Below, piece by piece: positions 51,055 through 61,584 of a stretch of DNA of 64,000 bases. Source of the stretch: an uncultured Candidatus Saccharibacteria bacterium (lineage in GTDB: Bacteria > Patescibacteriota > Minisyncoccia > Minisyncoccales > Staskawiczbacteraceae); NCBI GenBank assembly GCA_964599285.1, contig CAZREI010000001.1:34562-98561 (forward strand), given 5' to 3'. The notes under the pieces are model-generated. The model was given only the letters and a program-made list of their open reading frames with translations, was not told where the DNA came from and did not search any database. The number at the start of each line of letters is the position of its first letter. Position 1 is the stretch's first letter. The position numbers were made by a program, and so were the translations under genes.

Positions 51055-51981
51055 TTACAGGAATTTTTTAAAAAGGCTTTTTACCACAAGAGAACTTAAG
51101 AAAGAAGCCAGTAACTGGGATTGGAGAAGATACGGAAGGTTTGTAGAATTTGTTGAACTTGTTGAAGGTGGCTGGTTTTGAGTATTACTACTATTATTAT
51201 AATTAGAGCTCCCAAGCAAACAATCAGAATTCTCTTGGCATAATTTATTTCCATGGCTAAATACACATTTCATATCTTGGCAGGTGGAACCAGATTCTCT
51301 GCAATCGTATTCCCCACCATTGCATTGGTCAGAACCTGGACCATCTTTTTCTACACACTTTTGGTAAGGTGGATCTTTTTCATCGTCGACACAGACAAAA
51401 TGAGTACTTTTTTTACAATCACTATTATTTCTACATTGATCATCACCTTTTCCTGCTACATAAATACATGTTTCTTGAGAACACTCGGTATGGATTGAGG
51501 AAGTCACACCACACTCGAAATCACCATAACACTGATTAAATCCTCCATGACCTCCACCTAATAAACACCTTTGATTAACACATATATTATTTCTTCCACT
51601 AGCACAATCATCATCACTATTGCATTCATTAATACCTGGACTATTTATTTCTTTGCAAACATTGAGACCTCCTTCTCCGACAGCACATTCGTTGTGATTT
51701 TCTATAACAACCGGAGGAAAGAAGCCAGATCCTGGAATAAAGCAATCTCCATCACGAAGGCATTGATTTTTACCCTCTCCATCTTTAACTTCGCATTTCG
51801 CTGTAGTAATATCTCCCGCCGCCTCCTGAACACATTCATTATGAGTCAATTTAATTGGAGTAGGTGTAGGAGATAAATTACCCGGTGTTTCTCCCGAGTA
51901 GGCTTTTACCGCAACATGCATACCGAATATAAAAACAGAAACAACGCCTAATAAAATAACTGCTTTTAAAAAATTTTTCAT
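51055..51981 (-). CDS. secreted protein with six Cys-rich repeats
   Basis: Signal peptide. Repeats of the form 'C.....C....G.G..QC....DC' occur 6 times. Asn/Ser-rich tail and a hydrophobic C-terminus. Confidence 0.6.
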   Translation of the reverse strand: MKNFLKAVILLGVVSVFIFGMHVAVKAYSGETPGNLSPTPTPIKLTHNECVQEAAGDITTAKCEVKDGEGKNQCLRDGDCFIPGSGFFPPVVIENHNECAVGEGGLNVCKEINSPGINECNSDDDCASGRNNICVNQRCLLGGGHGGFNQCYGDFECGVTSSIHTECSQETCIYVAGKGDDQCRNNSDCKKSTHFVCVDDEKDPPYQKCVEKDGPGSDQCNGGEYDCRESGSTCQDMKCVFSHGNKLCQENSDCLLGSSNYNNSSNTQNQPPSTSSTNSTNLPYLLQSQLLASFLSSLVVKSLFKKFL

Positions 51982-52010
51982 GTATTTTTAATTTTAATAA
52001 TTTTTACTGC

Positions 52011-54488
52011 TTATTTTTTAACTATGGGTGGCGGAGTTGGAGGTACTACCGGAGCCATAACAAACGAGCGCTTTACAATATCTTCTTCCACTATCGCTCG
52101 CGGTTTTCCGTATTTTAATTTGGAGATTTTTTTTATGGCTTCCACAATTTTTGGATTTCCTTTTTTGGGCGCGTACGTTTCCATTTTAAATGGGCTTGAA
52201 ATTTTGTTATTTAACATCATTTTTACAATCAAGTTAAAGTTGTCCAAATTGACCAAGTCAAAACGCGAGAAGCCCGGCTCAAACTGTTTTTCCAAAAATT
52301 CAGCATCTTCCGCGCCAATCCGGAAAGCGCCGATCGTCCCCACGTTCCCCAGCACTGCATTTTTAATTTGATCAGTTAGTTGTGGAATATATTGATGAGC
52401 GATGGTTAAATTTAATTTATACTTTCGGGCTTCAGATAAAATGGTGGCAATGGAATCGGTGGTAAAATTTTGGAACTCGTCAACATACAAGTAAAAATCT
52501 TTTCGCTTTTCAGACGCCATAGCAGATCTTTTCATAGCCGCCATCTGCATTTTGGAAACCAAAATCAGACCCAACAAAGAACTGTTAACTTCACCGGTCT
52601 GACCCTTAGATAAATTGGCCAAAAATATTTTTCCGCTATCCATAATTTCCGATAAATCAAACCCGGATTGACCCTGTCCGATAATATTTCTCATCATTTC
52701 GTTTTCAATGAACCGCCCCACTTTTGACACCACATATCCCAACATATCGCTGCGAGTATTTCCTGTTGTCTGCGCCCATTCTTTGACCCAAAAATTCCTG
52801 ACCACCGGATCCTGCACCTTGGCCAGACGTTCCTGCAAAAAAGCTGGGTCGGTAAACATTTTGGGAATTTCCACCAGCGTGCCCGGGTGATCCTTGTCGG
52901 CCATCAGCGCCAGCATGGCGTTTCGCATGTAGTGTTCAAACATCGGGCCGATGATTTCTGGCGGAAATAGTTTGTAAAAAATGGCAATCATTTCCTGCAC
53001 CGCAAAATCTTTTTGCTCGGGCGAATCGTATTCCAGCATATTTAAACCCATGGGTCGCTCCAGGTCAAAAGGTTCAAACAACACCACGTCGTCAACTCGG
53101 TTTTTGGGAATGTTGGCCAGCGTCGCTTCTATTAATTCCCCGTGCGGGTCAATGACTGCCACGCCTTCCCCATTTTCAATATCCTGTCGAATCATTTCCT
53201 GTAAAAAGGCCGATTTTCCGGTACCGGTTTGCCCAATGACATAAAAGTGGCGGCGGCGATCATCGCGCGAAGCAAAATAGACCCTTTTTTCTTCACCGCG
53301 AAACAATACTTTGCCCAATAAGTTAATCCCCTGTTCCGGCAAATCGCTGGGCGGAGCAGCCACCGCGGATTTTGCGGCTTTAATATAAGGAGTTTCGGTA
53401 AAGTGCGTCGGGAAATGGTAAATGCTGGCCAGTTCTTCAATGTTTAAAATATTGCTTTGCGACTGGTCAAAAATCCGAAAACTGAATTGATACATAAATT
53501 TTTTCAGCTGCCGTTTTTGCACGATTACGGGATTTAAGCTATTGATGGCCGAAAGCGAAAACTGCGAAAAGGCGCCAACTAAGTGATGTAAAATTTCCTC
53601 CGCCCGATCTTTGGATTGGGCGCAAGCCACCAGTCGTATATTTGTTTCAAATGGCTGTTTTTGAATTTTATTTTGCACGGCGTCGTAAGCCACTTGGTCA
53701 AAACCTTGCTCTTTGGGTTTTTGGGATTCCAATTCTTTTTGAGATGGAGTTTGTGGTTTGGCTCCGCTCTTAAATATTTCCGACAAAAGCGTCATGGCCA
53801 TATTTTGCGTGGCTTCTATCACGGCGCTGCGGGCGTTTTTGCCTTCCCTGATTTTTTGCAAAGCCTTTTCGCCTTTTTTCCGTAAATTCAATCCCGATAG
53901 CGGCCGTATGATCACCTGCACCGCCGCGCCTTCGCTGGGCGCAATTTTGCTTAAATTATTGGTGATGGTTGATAAGGGATCCTTTTCCAGTTTTTGGTAG
54001 GTACTGATGGGAAATAAATAATTTTCCTGCAACTTTGTATATGCGCCGGCCGATTCTCCCTGCGGTTCAAAAACGGTATAGTCTTCAGGAACCTTGTCCA
54101 CAATAGCCCGCGGATAAACACCCTGCACGTATTTTTCAAAAGCTGACTCTAAATATGTTGGTACGCAAACATAAAACAAAATATCGCTGCCGCCGGTTTT
54201 TGAGGCGATTTCCAGAGCTATTGATGGCGCTTCTTGAAATACTTTTGGTTTTTTTAAATATAAAAAGTTTGCCAGCACTTGCTCCATTTGGGAAATTAAC
54301 ACTTTTTCTTCCTTTTGCGCCTCGCCTTCTTTTTTGGCTTCGTTTTTTGGCATCATAATCAAAAACAGGACGGATTCTAATCCGCCAAAAACCGCCCGTT
54401 TTTCCGATTGCTCTGCGCGTAGGGCAATCATAAAAGCAAAGACAATCAAGAAAAAAACCAAGATGAGGCCGTAGATGATGAAAGGCAT
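52011..54488 (-). CDS. membrane-anchored P-loop ATPase of the TraD/VirD4/HerA-FtsK type (T4 coupling-protein-like)
   Basis: N-terminal TM. Walker A 'VIGQTGTGKSAFLQEMI', Walker B 'FYLYVDEFQNF' and 'LTIAHQYIPQL'. Confidence 0.75.
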   Translation of the reverse strand: MPFIIYGLILVFFLIVFAFMIALRAEQSEKRAVFGGLESVLFLIMMPKNEAKKEGEAQKEEKVLISQMEQVLANFLYLKKPKVFQEAPSIALEIASKTGGSDILFYVCVPTYLESAFEKYVQGVYPRAIVDKVPEDYTVFEPQGESAGAYTKLQENYLFPISTYQKLEKDPLSTITNNLSKIAPSEGAAVQVIIRPLSGLNLRKKGEKALQKIREGKNARSAVIEATQNMAMTLLSEIFKSGAKPQTPSQKELESQKPKEQGFDQVAYDAVQNKIQKQPFETNIRLVACAQSKDRAEEILHHLVGAFSQFSLSAINSLNPVIVQKRQLKKFMYQFSFRIFDQSQSNILNIEELASIYHFPTHFTETPYIKAAKSAVAAPPSDLPEQGINLLGKVLFRGEEKRVYFASRDDRRRHFYVIGQTGTGKSAFLQEMIRQDIENGEGVAVIDPHGELIEATLANIPKNRVDDVVLFEPFDLERPMGLNMLEYDSPEQKDFAVQEMIAIFYKLFPPEIIGPMFEHYMRNAMLALMADKDHPGTLVEIPKMFTDPAFLQERLAKVQDPVVRNFWVKEWAQTTGNTRSDMLGYVVSKVGRFIENEMMRNIIGQGQSGFDLSEIMDSGKIFLANLSKGQTGEVNSSLLGLILVSKMQMAAMKRSAMASEKRKDFYLYVDEFQNFTTDSIATILSEARKYKLNLTIAHQYIPQLTDQIKNAVLGNVGTIGAFRIGAEDAEFLEKQFEPGFSRFDLVNLDNFNLIVKMMLNNKISSPFKMETYAPKKGNPKIVEAIKKISKLKYGKPRAIVEEDIVKRSFVMAPVVPPTPPPIVKK

Positions 54489-54494
54489 TATTGT

Positions 54495-54639
54495 GAATTA
54501 TTCTAATTATTCTAAGTGCTCTAGTTATTCTAAGGAATGTCTAAAAACGTGAATGACTAATTGCTAAAACGGTTTTGGGATTTTGGTCATTGGGATTTAT
54601 TTAGGTCAATTAGAGTAATTAGGTTAATTAGAATAATTC
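54495..54639 (-). repeat. family F long hairpin, copy 3 (reverse orientation of copy 1)
   Basis: The centre 'ggaatgtctaaaaacgtgaatgactaattgctaaaacggttttgggattttggtcattgggattt' is the reverse complement of the copy 1 centre. It starts 7 nt upstream of the ATPase ATG. Confidence 0.8.
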
Positions 54640-54649
54640 GCAAGGAATT

Positions 54650-55042
54650 TTATTTTAAAAATTCTTTGTAGTATCCTTCTTGCGCCAGCTTGTCATGGAA
54701 TGTATCCAAAAGGTACGGATCATTCATTTTTTTGGCGACTTGCACCGCAAAAACCACTCCTTTAGTTTTGACAAGCTGCAGCAGGTGTTCTAGTTTTTTC
54801 TCATCATCCAGTGATTGCGCTTTTGCCGCGTGCTGCCCTGCTTCATTTTTTTGCTTTGCATCCAAATCCATCGCTTCTAATTCTTGGCGCACTTTTTTAT
54901 GATCAAGTTCATCCTGCGATAATTCCCTTTTTTCCGGCGTTTCTTTGGTTTCCCCTGCAATAGCGGCAGTTTCTTGTTCAATCAAAAACTCCTCGGGCGC
55001 ACCAATTTCTTTGTGTTTTTCAGTTTTATCTTTTTTTACCAT
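54650..55042 (-). CDS. acidic coiled-coil hypothetical protein
   Basis: 130 aa, Glu/Lys-rich, tightly packed in the operon. Confidence 0.45.
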   Translation of the reverse strand: MVKKDKTEKHKEIGAPEEFLIEQETAAIAGETKETPEKRELSQDELDHKKVRQELEAMDLDAKQKNEAGQHAAKAQSLDDEKKLEHLLQLVKTKGVVFAVQVAKKMNDPYLLDTFHDKLAQEGYYKEFLK

Positions 55043-55047
55043 TTCTT

Positions 55048-55668
55048 TTATTGTAGCTGCATGTCGATGATCGCCTTTTGCTTCTTGGAAGAATTGGGAT
55101 CAGACACGATGACTTCTATTTTTAGATCCTTTGATTCTTTAGAAACTTCGTAGTATTTGGTGCAAGGCGTTGGTTCAAATTCGGGTTTTAATAACGCACC
55201 GCACAAATTGGGGTTGGGCAAAAAGTAAAACGCCTGGTCGTTGATGGTGACAAAATTCCGGCCGTCCGAATCAATGATATTGCCCACGTCCCAGGAGTCG
55301 CGCGGAATGTTCACCTTTCCTTTGTTCTGCGCGCCGACAACCACTTTAACGAATCGGTCGGTGGTGGTTAAATTCTGCTGGAAGGCTCGATTTCGGCTTA
55401 CCAAAACGCTGCCTAAGTCCTGGGCCGACTCAAAAACAAAGCGAGTGTTGCCGATGGTGGTTTCGTAGACCGGTTCGGGAGACTCAACAACACCAGAAGG
55501 ACCTGGGCTGGAACTAGGTTTTGCATTTCGGTTAGCCGCGATCCTGATGGCCACAAAAATGATAATCACCACAACCACCAGTAAAATGCCTAAAAATAAA
55601 ATGACCGTTGACACCGCCCCCGCTGATTTTTTTTGATTTTTGATTTTCATAGGAGTATAAGTTTTCAT
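55048..55668 (-). CDS. membrane-anchored extracytoplasmic beta-sandwich-like protein
   Basis: N-terminal TM 'VSTVILFLGILLVVVVIIIFVAI' with a beta-rich C-terminal domain. Confidence 0.5.
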   Translation of the reverse strand: MKTYTPMKIKNQKKSAGAVSTVILFLGILLVVVVIIIFVAIRIAANRNAKPSSSPGPSGVVESPEPVYETTIGNTRFVFESAQDLGSVLVSRNRAFQQNLTTTDRFVKVVVGAQNKGKVNIPRDSWDVGNIIDSDGRNFVTINDQAFYFLPNPNLCGALLKPEFEPTPCTKYYEVSKESKDLKIEVIVSDPNSSKKQKAIIDMQLQ

Positions 55669-55688
55669 TTATTATATCACAAGCCCTT

Positions 55689-55848
55689 TGTCATTGCGAG
55701 ACGGCGCGCCCTCGGGCGCGCCGTTTTGGTAACTCTCGCCACCGTCATTGCGAGTCCCGACCGCAGACCCGCTAAGCGGGCCCGCAGTCGGAGACGCGGC
55801 AATCCAGTCATCACAAAAAGATTGCTTCGCTGCGGCTCGCAATGACGG
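55689..55848. repeat. cluster of three family C elements (one containing a GC palindrome at 55701-55724)
   Basis: 'tgtcattgcgagacggcgcgccctcgggcgcgccgt', 'ccgtcattgcgagtcccgaccgcag...gacgcggcaatcc' and 'gattgcttcgctgcggctcgcaatgacgg'. Confidence 0.8.
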
Positions 55849-55887
55849 CATGCGGTAAGGTTTGTTTCACCGGTCAAACGTCAAATG

Positions 55888-58800
55888 TCACTTGTTAACG
55901 GTATTTAGAGCCGCCAGTGTGGCCGGTCCCACGTTGCCGGTTTGGCGAATGTTTTTTGATTTCTGAAAAAGTTTTACGGCTTGTGTGGTGGCTTGTCCGT
56001 AGTAACCATTGGGAATCGCGGTTAAAAATCCCAACTTTACCAAAAGCTGTTGAAGATTCAAAACGTCGGGACCACGGTCGGTCGGGCCAAGGTAGCGAGT
56101 CAAGGACGTGCTTAAGATTGCTTCGCTGTGGCTCGCAATGACGGGTGACATGACCGTAACTTGGGCAACCGCTCGAGCCTCATGGCCATAGGAATCTTTG
56201 GCAAAGACGGTGATGGTGTGCGTTCCAATATCATGTTGAGTCGGAGTCCAGGTAAAGATGCCCAAGGCATTGATGTTGGCGTTGGTGATACTGGTGGCCA
56301 CGGCAGGCGCGGGCGGCGTGGACTGCTTATTCTCACGAATAAGCAGTCCGTTGAGAACGTCTTTGGTTTTGGGGCCCACGTTTCCGGTTTGGCGGATGTT
56401 TCGAGATTGCTGGAAAAGTTTTACGGCAGTGATGGTTGATGGACCGTAGTTTCCGTTTGGTTGGATGTTTGATGGAAAGAAACCTTGCTGGTGCAACCAT
56501 TGTTGCAGTGCTAAGACATCGGGGCCGTGATCGCCCGGACCAAGGTAGCGGGAGAGCAACGCGCTTTGCGGAGGCACAGTGACGGGTGGCAAAGACACTA
56601 CCGGAGTTGATGGAGTAAACTGGTCGCTTAAAGAATACAACGGGTTGGTGGCAAAACCTTGTGGGTAAGCCTTGAGCGTAACCTGATTACCCGCGGCAAC
56701 GGATTGCTTTGAGTTGGAAAGCGAGAGGCTGAACTGAGAGCCGATCCAGCCGATGCCGCCACCCCCGCCACCTCCACCGGACGGAGTTGGTGTGGGCGTT
56801 GGCGAAGCCGCGGCCGGCGTGGTAGCAGAAGATTCGTTGGATGGATTTCCGATGCCAACAGAATTGATAGCAGAAACTCGGTAGTTGTATTGGGTGCTGG
56901 CAGTCAGGCCGGTATTGGAATAGGTGGTTGCAGTCGTCCCGGTATCGGCCACCAAAACAGCAAATCCGTTGCCAACCGGAGATTCTCTTTCTATTTTGTA
57001 ACCAGTAACCGTTCCTGAAGGCGCCGTCCAAGATAAATCAATCTGGCTGGTAGAAATAGCCGTAGCTGATAAATTAGTTGGAGCATCAGGAATAAATAGC
57101 TGCCAACGAAGATATGGGTAGCCATCGTTGCGCGCCAATGCGCTATCGATGTTCCAAATAGTGGCAAAGTCCCAAGGTTGTGATCCGCCTTGAGCATAAA
57201 CGGCATGAGTAGTTGCTCCCTTGAAAACAGTGGCACCGGCGGGTTCCAGAGTGCCTTGCCCGTTGTCGTGAGCGGAGTCAGTGAAGAAGGAGTTGGTGAT
57301 GGTGGGAATTACATTAGTGTTGCCTATTAAACCACCTACGTTACCTGTACCAGAAACGGTACCGTTAGCATAAGAGTTAGTGATGACAACTAAATTAGCG
57401 AAAGAAATTCCCACTAACCCGCCTATGTTACCGTCGCCAGAAACATTACCGGTAGCATAAGAATTGACAATGGTAGTGGGACCATACGCGCCCGCCATGA
57501 GCCCACCGCTATCAAATCCCGTCCCAAGAACACTTACATTCCCCGTGGCATACGAGTTGGTGATGGTAAGGGTGCCATCTGAGTCACCCACCAAGCCGCC
57601 AGTGTAGATACCGGTTACATTTCCGGTAGCATAGGATTTATCAACAATGAGGATGCCATCCATGTCACCGACTAATCCGCCGATACCATACGATGAATCA
57701 TCGCTGCTTGTGTTGGCAGTAGAGTAAGATTGGGTGATAGTAGTGATTCGGTCATATGGACTAAAATCGTCTTCCACGTATCCCACCAAGCCTCCAATAG
57801 CAAAAGCATTAGTAGGAACTCCGGTTACGCTTCCCGTAGACCAGCAGTTGGTGATGGTTGAAGTGCCAGATGACCAGCCGACAAGTGCGCCAACTTCATA
57901 ACTGCCACTTATGTTAGCTGATTCCACACCAACATTTTGAATGGTAGCATTGTTAATGAAACCAAAAAGCCCAATGGCTTCCACGCCGCTAGTGTTGATG
58001 AATAAGTTAGTGACTTTGTGTCCTTGGCCATTCAGTGATCCTGTGAAGGGAGTGAAGGTGTTATCAAAATCTCCCACGGGGATGAATCCCGCGCCGGAAT
58101 TCCAGTTGACGGTGTCGGAACAGTCAATGTCTCGGTCTAAAATAAAATAGGAAGAAAGCCAGTTATTCATTTCTTGGAGTTGGGTGCAGGAAGTGATTAC
58201 ATACGGATCATTTTGGGTGCCAGAACCCGAGCCGAAAAAAGAGCCTCGTGTAGTAAAATTCAACTCATCACCATACGCGTATCCCTGCGAATTGTGAGCA
58301 TAAGCCCTAAAATAATATGTGGTACTTGAGACGAGGCCAGTTAGGGAAGAGGAGAATGAAATGGCACCAAATGGACCATTGGCATCTTCCGTAAACGTGT
58401 CGTAGCCCGAAGAACCTGGCGCAGTGTTACCAGGATCTGATGGGAAGCTGGTGGTGCCATACACAAATCCTCGCTTGTCGGCATCTTCGCCGCCGGTATC
58501 GGTGATGGTGCCATGGACATCGGCGGCTGTAATGCCAATATTGTCGGAGGAATCGGTGGTAACTACCGGCTGAGAATTGGAAAAGATCCAGCCGGTGTTG
58601 TTGTCTGGGTCGGTGATGGAGTTTGCTCCGGCATACCATTGGGCGCCACCCGTCGCAGCGGAGTCTTGCAAATCAAGGTAGTCGCAATGAACAACGCCCG
58701 ATGGTTTGGACAAGGTATGACGAACTCCGTTGGTGGATGATCGAATGGTAATAATATTTCCTGGACTCCCGGCACAAGTGAACGTGCCATTGATGGTTTG

Positions 58801-61425
58801 AGTGAGAGAGGAGGGGAAGGCAATAGATTCAGGGGCGCCGATGGTAAAATTAGCGAACGTGTTTGCTGAAGAGAAAATTGATGACCCATTTGCTCCTGAA
58901 ATTACGACTGAGGTAGGATAGAATCCTCCAATAGTTCCATTAAAACTGATGAGACCAGAAGAAGTAATGGTGAACACGGGAGTAGTTCCGTTGGCTCGAT
59001 CAACAGAATCAGAAAAGGTAATATTACCATTTCCTGTATCAATGGTAGAATTAGTCGGTATTTGAACTGGACTATTGAATAGCACTGACTGATTCGAGGT
59101 AGTTACATTAGCGTTAAGAAAAGTAAATCCACTGCTAAAAGTAAATGCCCCACTGCCGGAAGCGGTTTGATTTCCATTAAGGAAAATGAAATTTTGAGCA
59201 ATAAAATGAATCGATGTATCCCAAGAGGAATAACTATTTAATGTTATCGTATCTGTTTTTGAGTTGTCACCGATGGTTAGGTCAGTGTAGTTAAGATAAC
59301 CCAGTGTCGTGCTATCAAGTTGCAAAGTTCCCGTTCCGCCGGCTACTCCCACGGTGGTGCTGGCAGTGTAAGGGGCGATCGTCAGTGACGAAACGCTGTT
59401 GATGTCATTGGCTTGGGCAAGGTTGATGGTATCTGTATTAACCGTGATGGTGCCAGTGCCGCTGGTTTGCAGGCCACCAGATATGCCCACTTGGATACCG
59501 TAGTTAGAACTATCACCACCGCCGCGAATACCAATAATAGACAAGTTACCAGACCCTGTAGTTTTGATAGTACTGTTAGTATTAAAAATTGAAATTCCAA
59601 CATTGTCACTACCTGTTCCAGCTCCGCCGCCCGTAGCAGTGATACTCAGATTACCATCAGCCGTAGAAATAGCGCCGCCACTTCTCACAGTTACACCATA
59701 ATTGCTATCGCCATTACCGCTGCCAGTGCCTCCGCCATTACCGATAATACTTAAACTTCCTGATCCGGTATTGCTCATAAGAGCATTGGTACCGGAGACT
59801 TTAACACCATAATTAGCATTACTGGCATCATCACTGCCTCCAGTACCGGTGATAGTCATCGCGCCTCCCGAACCGGTAATAGAACTGCCATCGTTGACGT
59901 AAATACCATAATTACCAAATCCACCACCCGACCCGCTACCACCAGTCCCCGTAACCGAGAGGGTTCCGGTGCCGGTTGTTTGAATACAATGAGAAACCTG
60001 ACACTCAACTCCATCATTAGAATTGCCTGAACCATCAGAATCTCCGCCAATACCCGAAACTGAAAGATTGCCCGAACCGGTAGTTTTAATAGTGCTATTA
60101 GTATTTGCAATCAAAACACCATAACTAGTACTGCCCGTCCCCGCACCACCGCCATTACCGGTAGCAGTTAAATTCCCATCAACCGTAGAAACAATTGCAC
60201 CGCCTCCCATTTGCAAGCCATAGTCTTGGCTACTATCACCAGTTCCCATTCCATTGGCGGTTACAACAAGGGTGCCTGATCCGCTATTATTGATAGCGGC
60301 GGTGCTGCCCGAAATGCGAATGCCGGCATTACTACTGCCGCTGCTATTGCCGCCAGTACCCGTGATAGTCATCGCGCCTCCTGAAGCATTAATAGAACCG
60401 GCCACAAAAATGCCATTGTTACTGCCTCCACTGCTGGTACTGCCGGTTCCTGTAACTGAAATAGCACCAGTACCGGTTGCTTGAATACAATTAACTACAT
60501 TGCAATATACTCCATAATTGCTCCCGCTACTCCCGCTGGGATTGCCCCCGGTTCCGGTAATTGAAATATTCCCCGAACCCGTGCTTTCAATGGTGCTATT
60601 GGTTCCAGTAATATAAACGCCATAGTTATTAGCGCCTGACCCTGCTCCTCCGCCGGTACTATTATTGATGGTAAGATTGCCATTCTCTGCAGAAATACTG
60701 CCACCGGCCGCGACTCGCAAACCATAATCACTATTGCTATTGCTGGTACCATTTCCATTACCCGTGATGGAAATGGTACCCGAACCAGTAGTAGTGATAT
60801 GGCCGTCAAGACCAACGCCTATATTGTTATTGGTAGTAGTGGCAAAACCTTGTCCATTAGCTATGACATTGCCTCCGCCAGCGGTTATTGTCCCTGAAAT
60901 ATAAATACCAATCGGCTGACCAGAATTTCCTATGGCAAACCCGGCACCCGTATCAATAGTACCGCTGCCCCCTCCTACAGTAACATTCCCTCCATTAGAT
61001 GTAATCGTACTATCAATCAGTACATAGCCGGAAGAGTCGGCATCTCTATCCGCATTCAATAAAATGTTAAGTTTGTTGGATGTAGAGGAAATATTTGCAC
61101 CAATATTGAGTATAATATTACTATCAGCGTAGAAACTTGCAGTCGCATCAGTTCCGGAAGATTTGGTAAAGGCATTGTTGACGGTGATGCTGCCTCCGCT
61201 GGCGGTAAAGCTCACACTCGTGCTTGCATTAAGTTGGGTTTGGATATCAGTAACATTGACGACGCAATCACTACCGCTGGTCGCCCAATCCGGACTGCCG
61301 GTGCAAGTAGTAGAAGAACTACTGATAGTAAGGTTGGCAGCTTGGGCGAATACCGGCAGGAACACAAAAAACACGGTAAGAATGAGTGACAGGAGAAAAA
61401 TGTTTTTTACATTACATTTTAACAT
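55888..61425 (-). CDS. giant surface protein: Gly/Ser/Thr-rich tandem repeats, GLUG-motif repeats, FN3, Ig-like and two PG-binding domains
   Basis: Signal peptide. ~140-aa repeats 'TGSGNLS..G.GG...'. 'GGLVG' occurs 6 times. '[21 protein letters not shown]...GYKIERE' is FN3. There are two 'LG.GD.GPDVL.LQ..L...GF......G.YG..T..AVK.FQ....I..TG.VGP.T' domains. Confidence 0.85.
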   Translation of the reverse strand: MLKCNVKNIFLLSLILTVFFVFLPVFAQAANLTISSSSTTCTGSPDWATSGSDCVVNVTDIQTQLNASTSVSFTASGGSITVNNAFTKSSGTDATASFYADSNIILNIGANISSTSNKLNILLNADRDADSSGYVLIDSTITSNGGNVTVGGGSGTIDTGAGFAIGNSGQPIGIYISGTITAGGGNVIANGQGFATTTNNNIGVGLDGHITTTGSGTISITGNGNGTSNSNSDYGLRVAAGGSISAENGNLTINNSTGGGAGSGANNYGVYITGTNSTIESTGSGNISITGTGGNPSGSSGSNYGVYCNVVNCIQATGTGAISVTGTGSTSSGGSNNGIFVAGSINASGGAMTITGTGGNSSGSSNAGIRISGSTAAINNSGSGTLVVTANGMGTGDSSQDYGLQMGGGAIVSTVDGNLTATGNGGGAGTGSTSYGVLIANTNSTIKTTGSGNLSVSGIGGDSDGSGNSNDGVECQVSHCIQTTGTGTLSVTGTGGSGSGGGFGNYGIYVNDGSSITGSGGAMTITGTGGSDDASNANYGVKVSGTNALMSNTGSGSLSIIGNGGGTGSGNGDSNYGVTVRSGGAISTADGNLSITATGGGAGTGSDNVGISIFNTNSTIKTTGSGNLSIIGIRGGGDSSNYGIQVGISGGLQTSGTGTITVNTDTINLAQANDINSVSSLTIAPYTASTTVGVAGGTGTLQLDSTTLGYLNYTDLTIGDNSKTDTITLNSYSSWDTSIHFIAQNFIFLNGNQTASGSGAFTFSSGFTFLNANVTTSNQSVLFNSPVQIPTNSTIDTGNGNITFSDSVDRANGTTPVFTITSSGLISFNGTIGGFYPTSVVISGANGSSIFSSANTFANFTIGAPESIAFPSSLTQTINGTFTCAGSPGNIITIRSSTNGVRHTLSKPSGVVHCDYLDLQDSAATGGAQWYAGANSITDPDNNTGWIFSNSQPVVTTDSSDNIGITAADVHGTITDTGGEDADKRGFVYGTTSFPSDPGNTAPGSSGYDTFTEDANGPFGAISFSSSLTGLVSSTTYYFRAYAHNSQGYAYGDELNFTTRGSFFGSGSGTQNDPYVITSCTQLQEMNNWLSSYFILDRDIDCSDTVNWNSGAGFIPVGDFDNTFTPFTGSLNGQGHKVTNLFINTSGVEAIGLFGFINNATIQNVGVESANISGSYEVGALVGWSSGTSTITNCWSTGSVTGVPTNAFAIGGLVGYVEDDFSPYDRITTITQSYSTANTSSDDSSYGIGGLVGDMDGILIVDKSYATGNVTGIYTGGLVGDSDGTLTITNSYATGNVSVLGTGFDSGGLMAGAYGPTTIVNSYATGNVSGDGNIGGLVGISFANLVVITNSYANGTVSGTGNVGGLIGNTNVIPTITNSFFTDSAHDNGQGTLEPAGATVFKGATTHAVYAQGGSQPWDFATIWNIDSALARNDGYPYLRWQLFIPDAPTNLSATAISTSQIDLSWTAPSGTVTGYKIERESPVGNGFAVLVADTGTTATTYSNTGLTASTQYNYRVSAINSVGIGNPSNESSATTPAAASPTPTPTPSGGGGGGGGIGWIGSQFSLSLSNSKQSVAAGNQVTLKAYPQGFATNPLYSLSDQFTPSTPVVSLPPVTVPPQSALLSRYLGPGDHGPDVLALQQWLHQQGFFPSNIQPNGNYGPSTITAVKLFQQSRNIRQTGNVGPKTKDVLNGLLIRENKQSTPPAPAVATSITNANINALGIFTWTPTQHDIGTHTITVFAKDSYGHEARAVAQVTVMSPVIASHSEAILSTSLTRYLGPTDRGPDVLNLQQLLVKLGFLTAIPNGYYGQATTQAVKLFQKSKNIRQTGNVGPATLAALNTVNK
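56116..56144. repeat. family C element embedded in frame in the giant gene
   Basis: 'gattgcttcgctgtggctcgcaatgacgg' differs by 1 nt from the intergenic copies at 55820-55848 and 30560-30587. It translates as '[10 protein letters not shown]'. Confidence 0.85.
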
Positions 61426-61538
61426 AGTGCTAATGTGAAATTCGAAATTTTTGCAGACATATTCTTAAATTATACCACGATTTTGCGAGCCATTACCATC
61501 TCTTTTTTGTGGATAAATATCTGGTCAAAATAAAATCA

Positions 61539-61560
61539 GCGCGGCCCCGCGGGGCCGCGC
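61539..61560 (-). terminator. perfect 22-nt GC palindrome, likely prmC terminator
   Basis: gcgcggccccg|cggggccgcgc is flanked by an A-run and a T-run. Confidence 0.6.
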
Positions 61561-61584
61561 CTATTTATTTTGTGAAGAGCTAAG

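Noticed and set aside
56991-60815. Many short ORFs on both strands inside the 1845-aa gene
   Set aside because: They are alternative or antisense frames of a Gly/Ser/Thr-rich repetitive gene.
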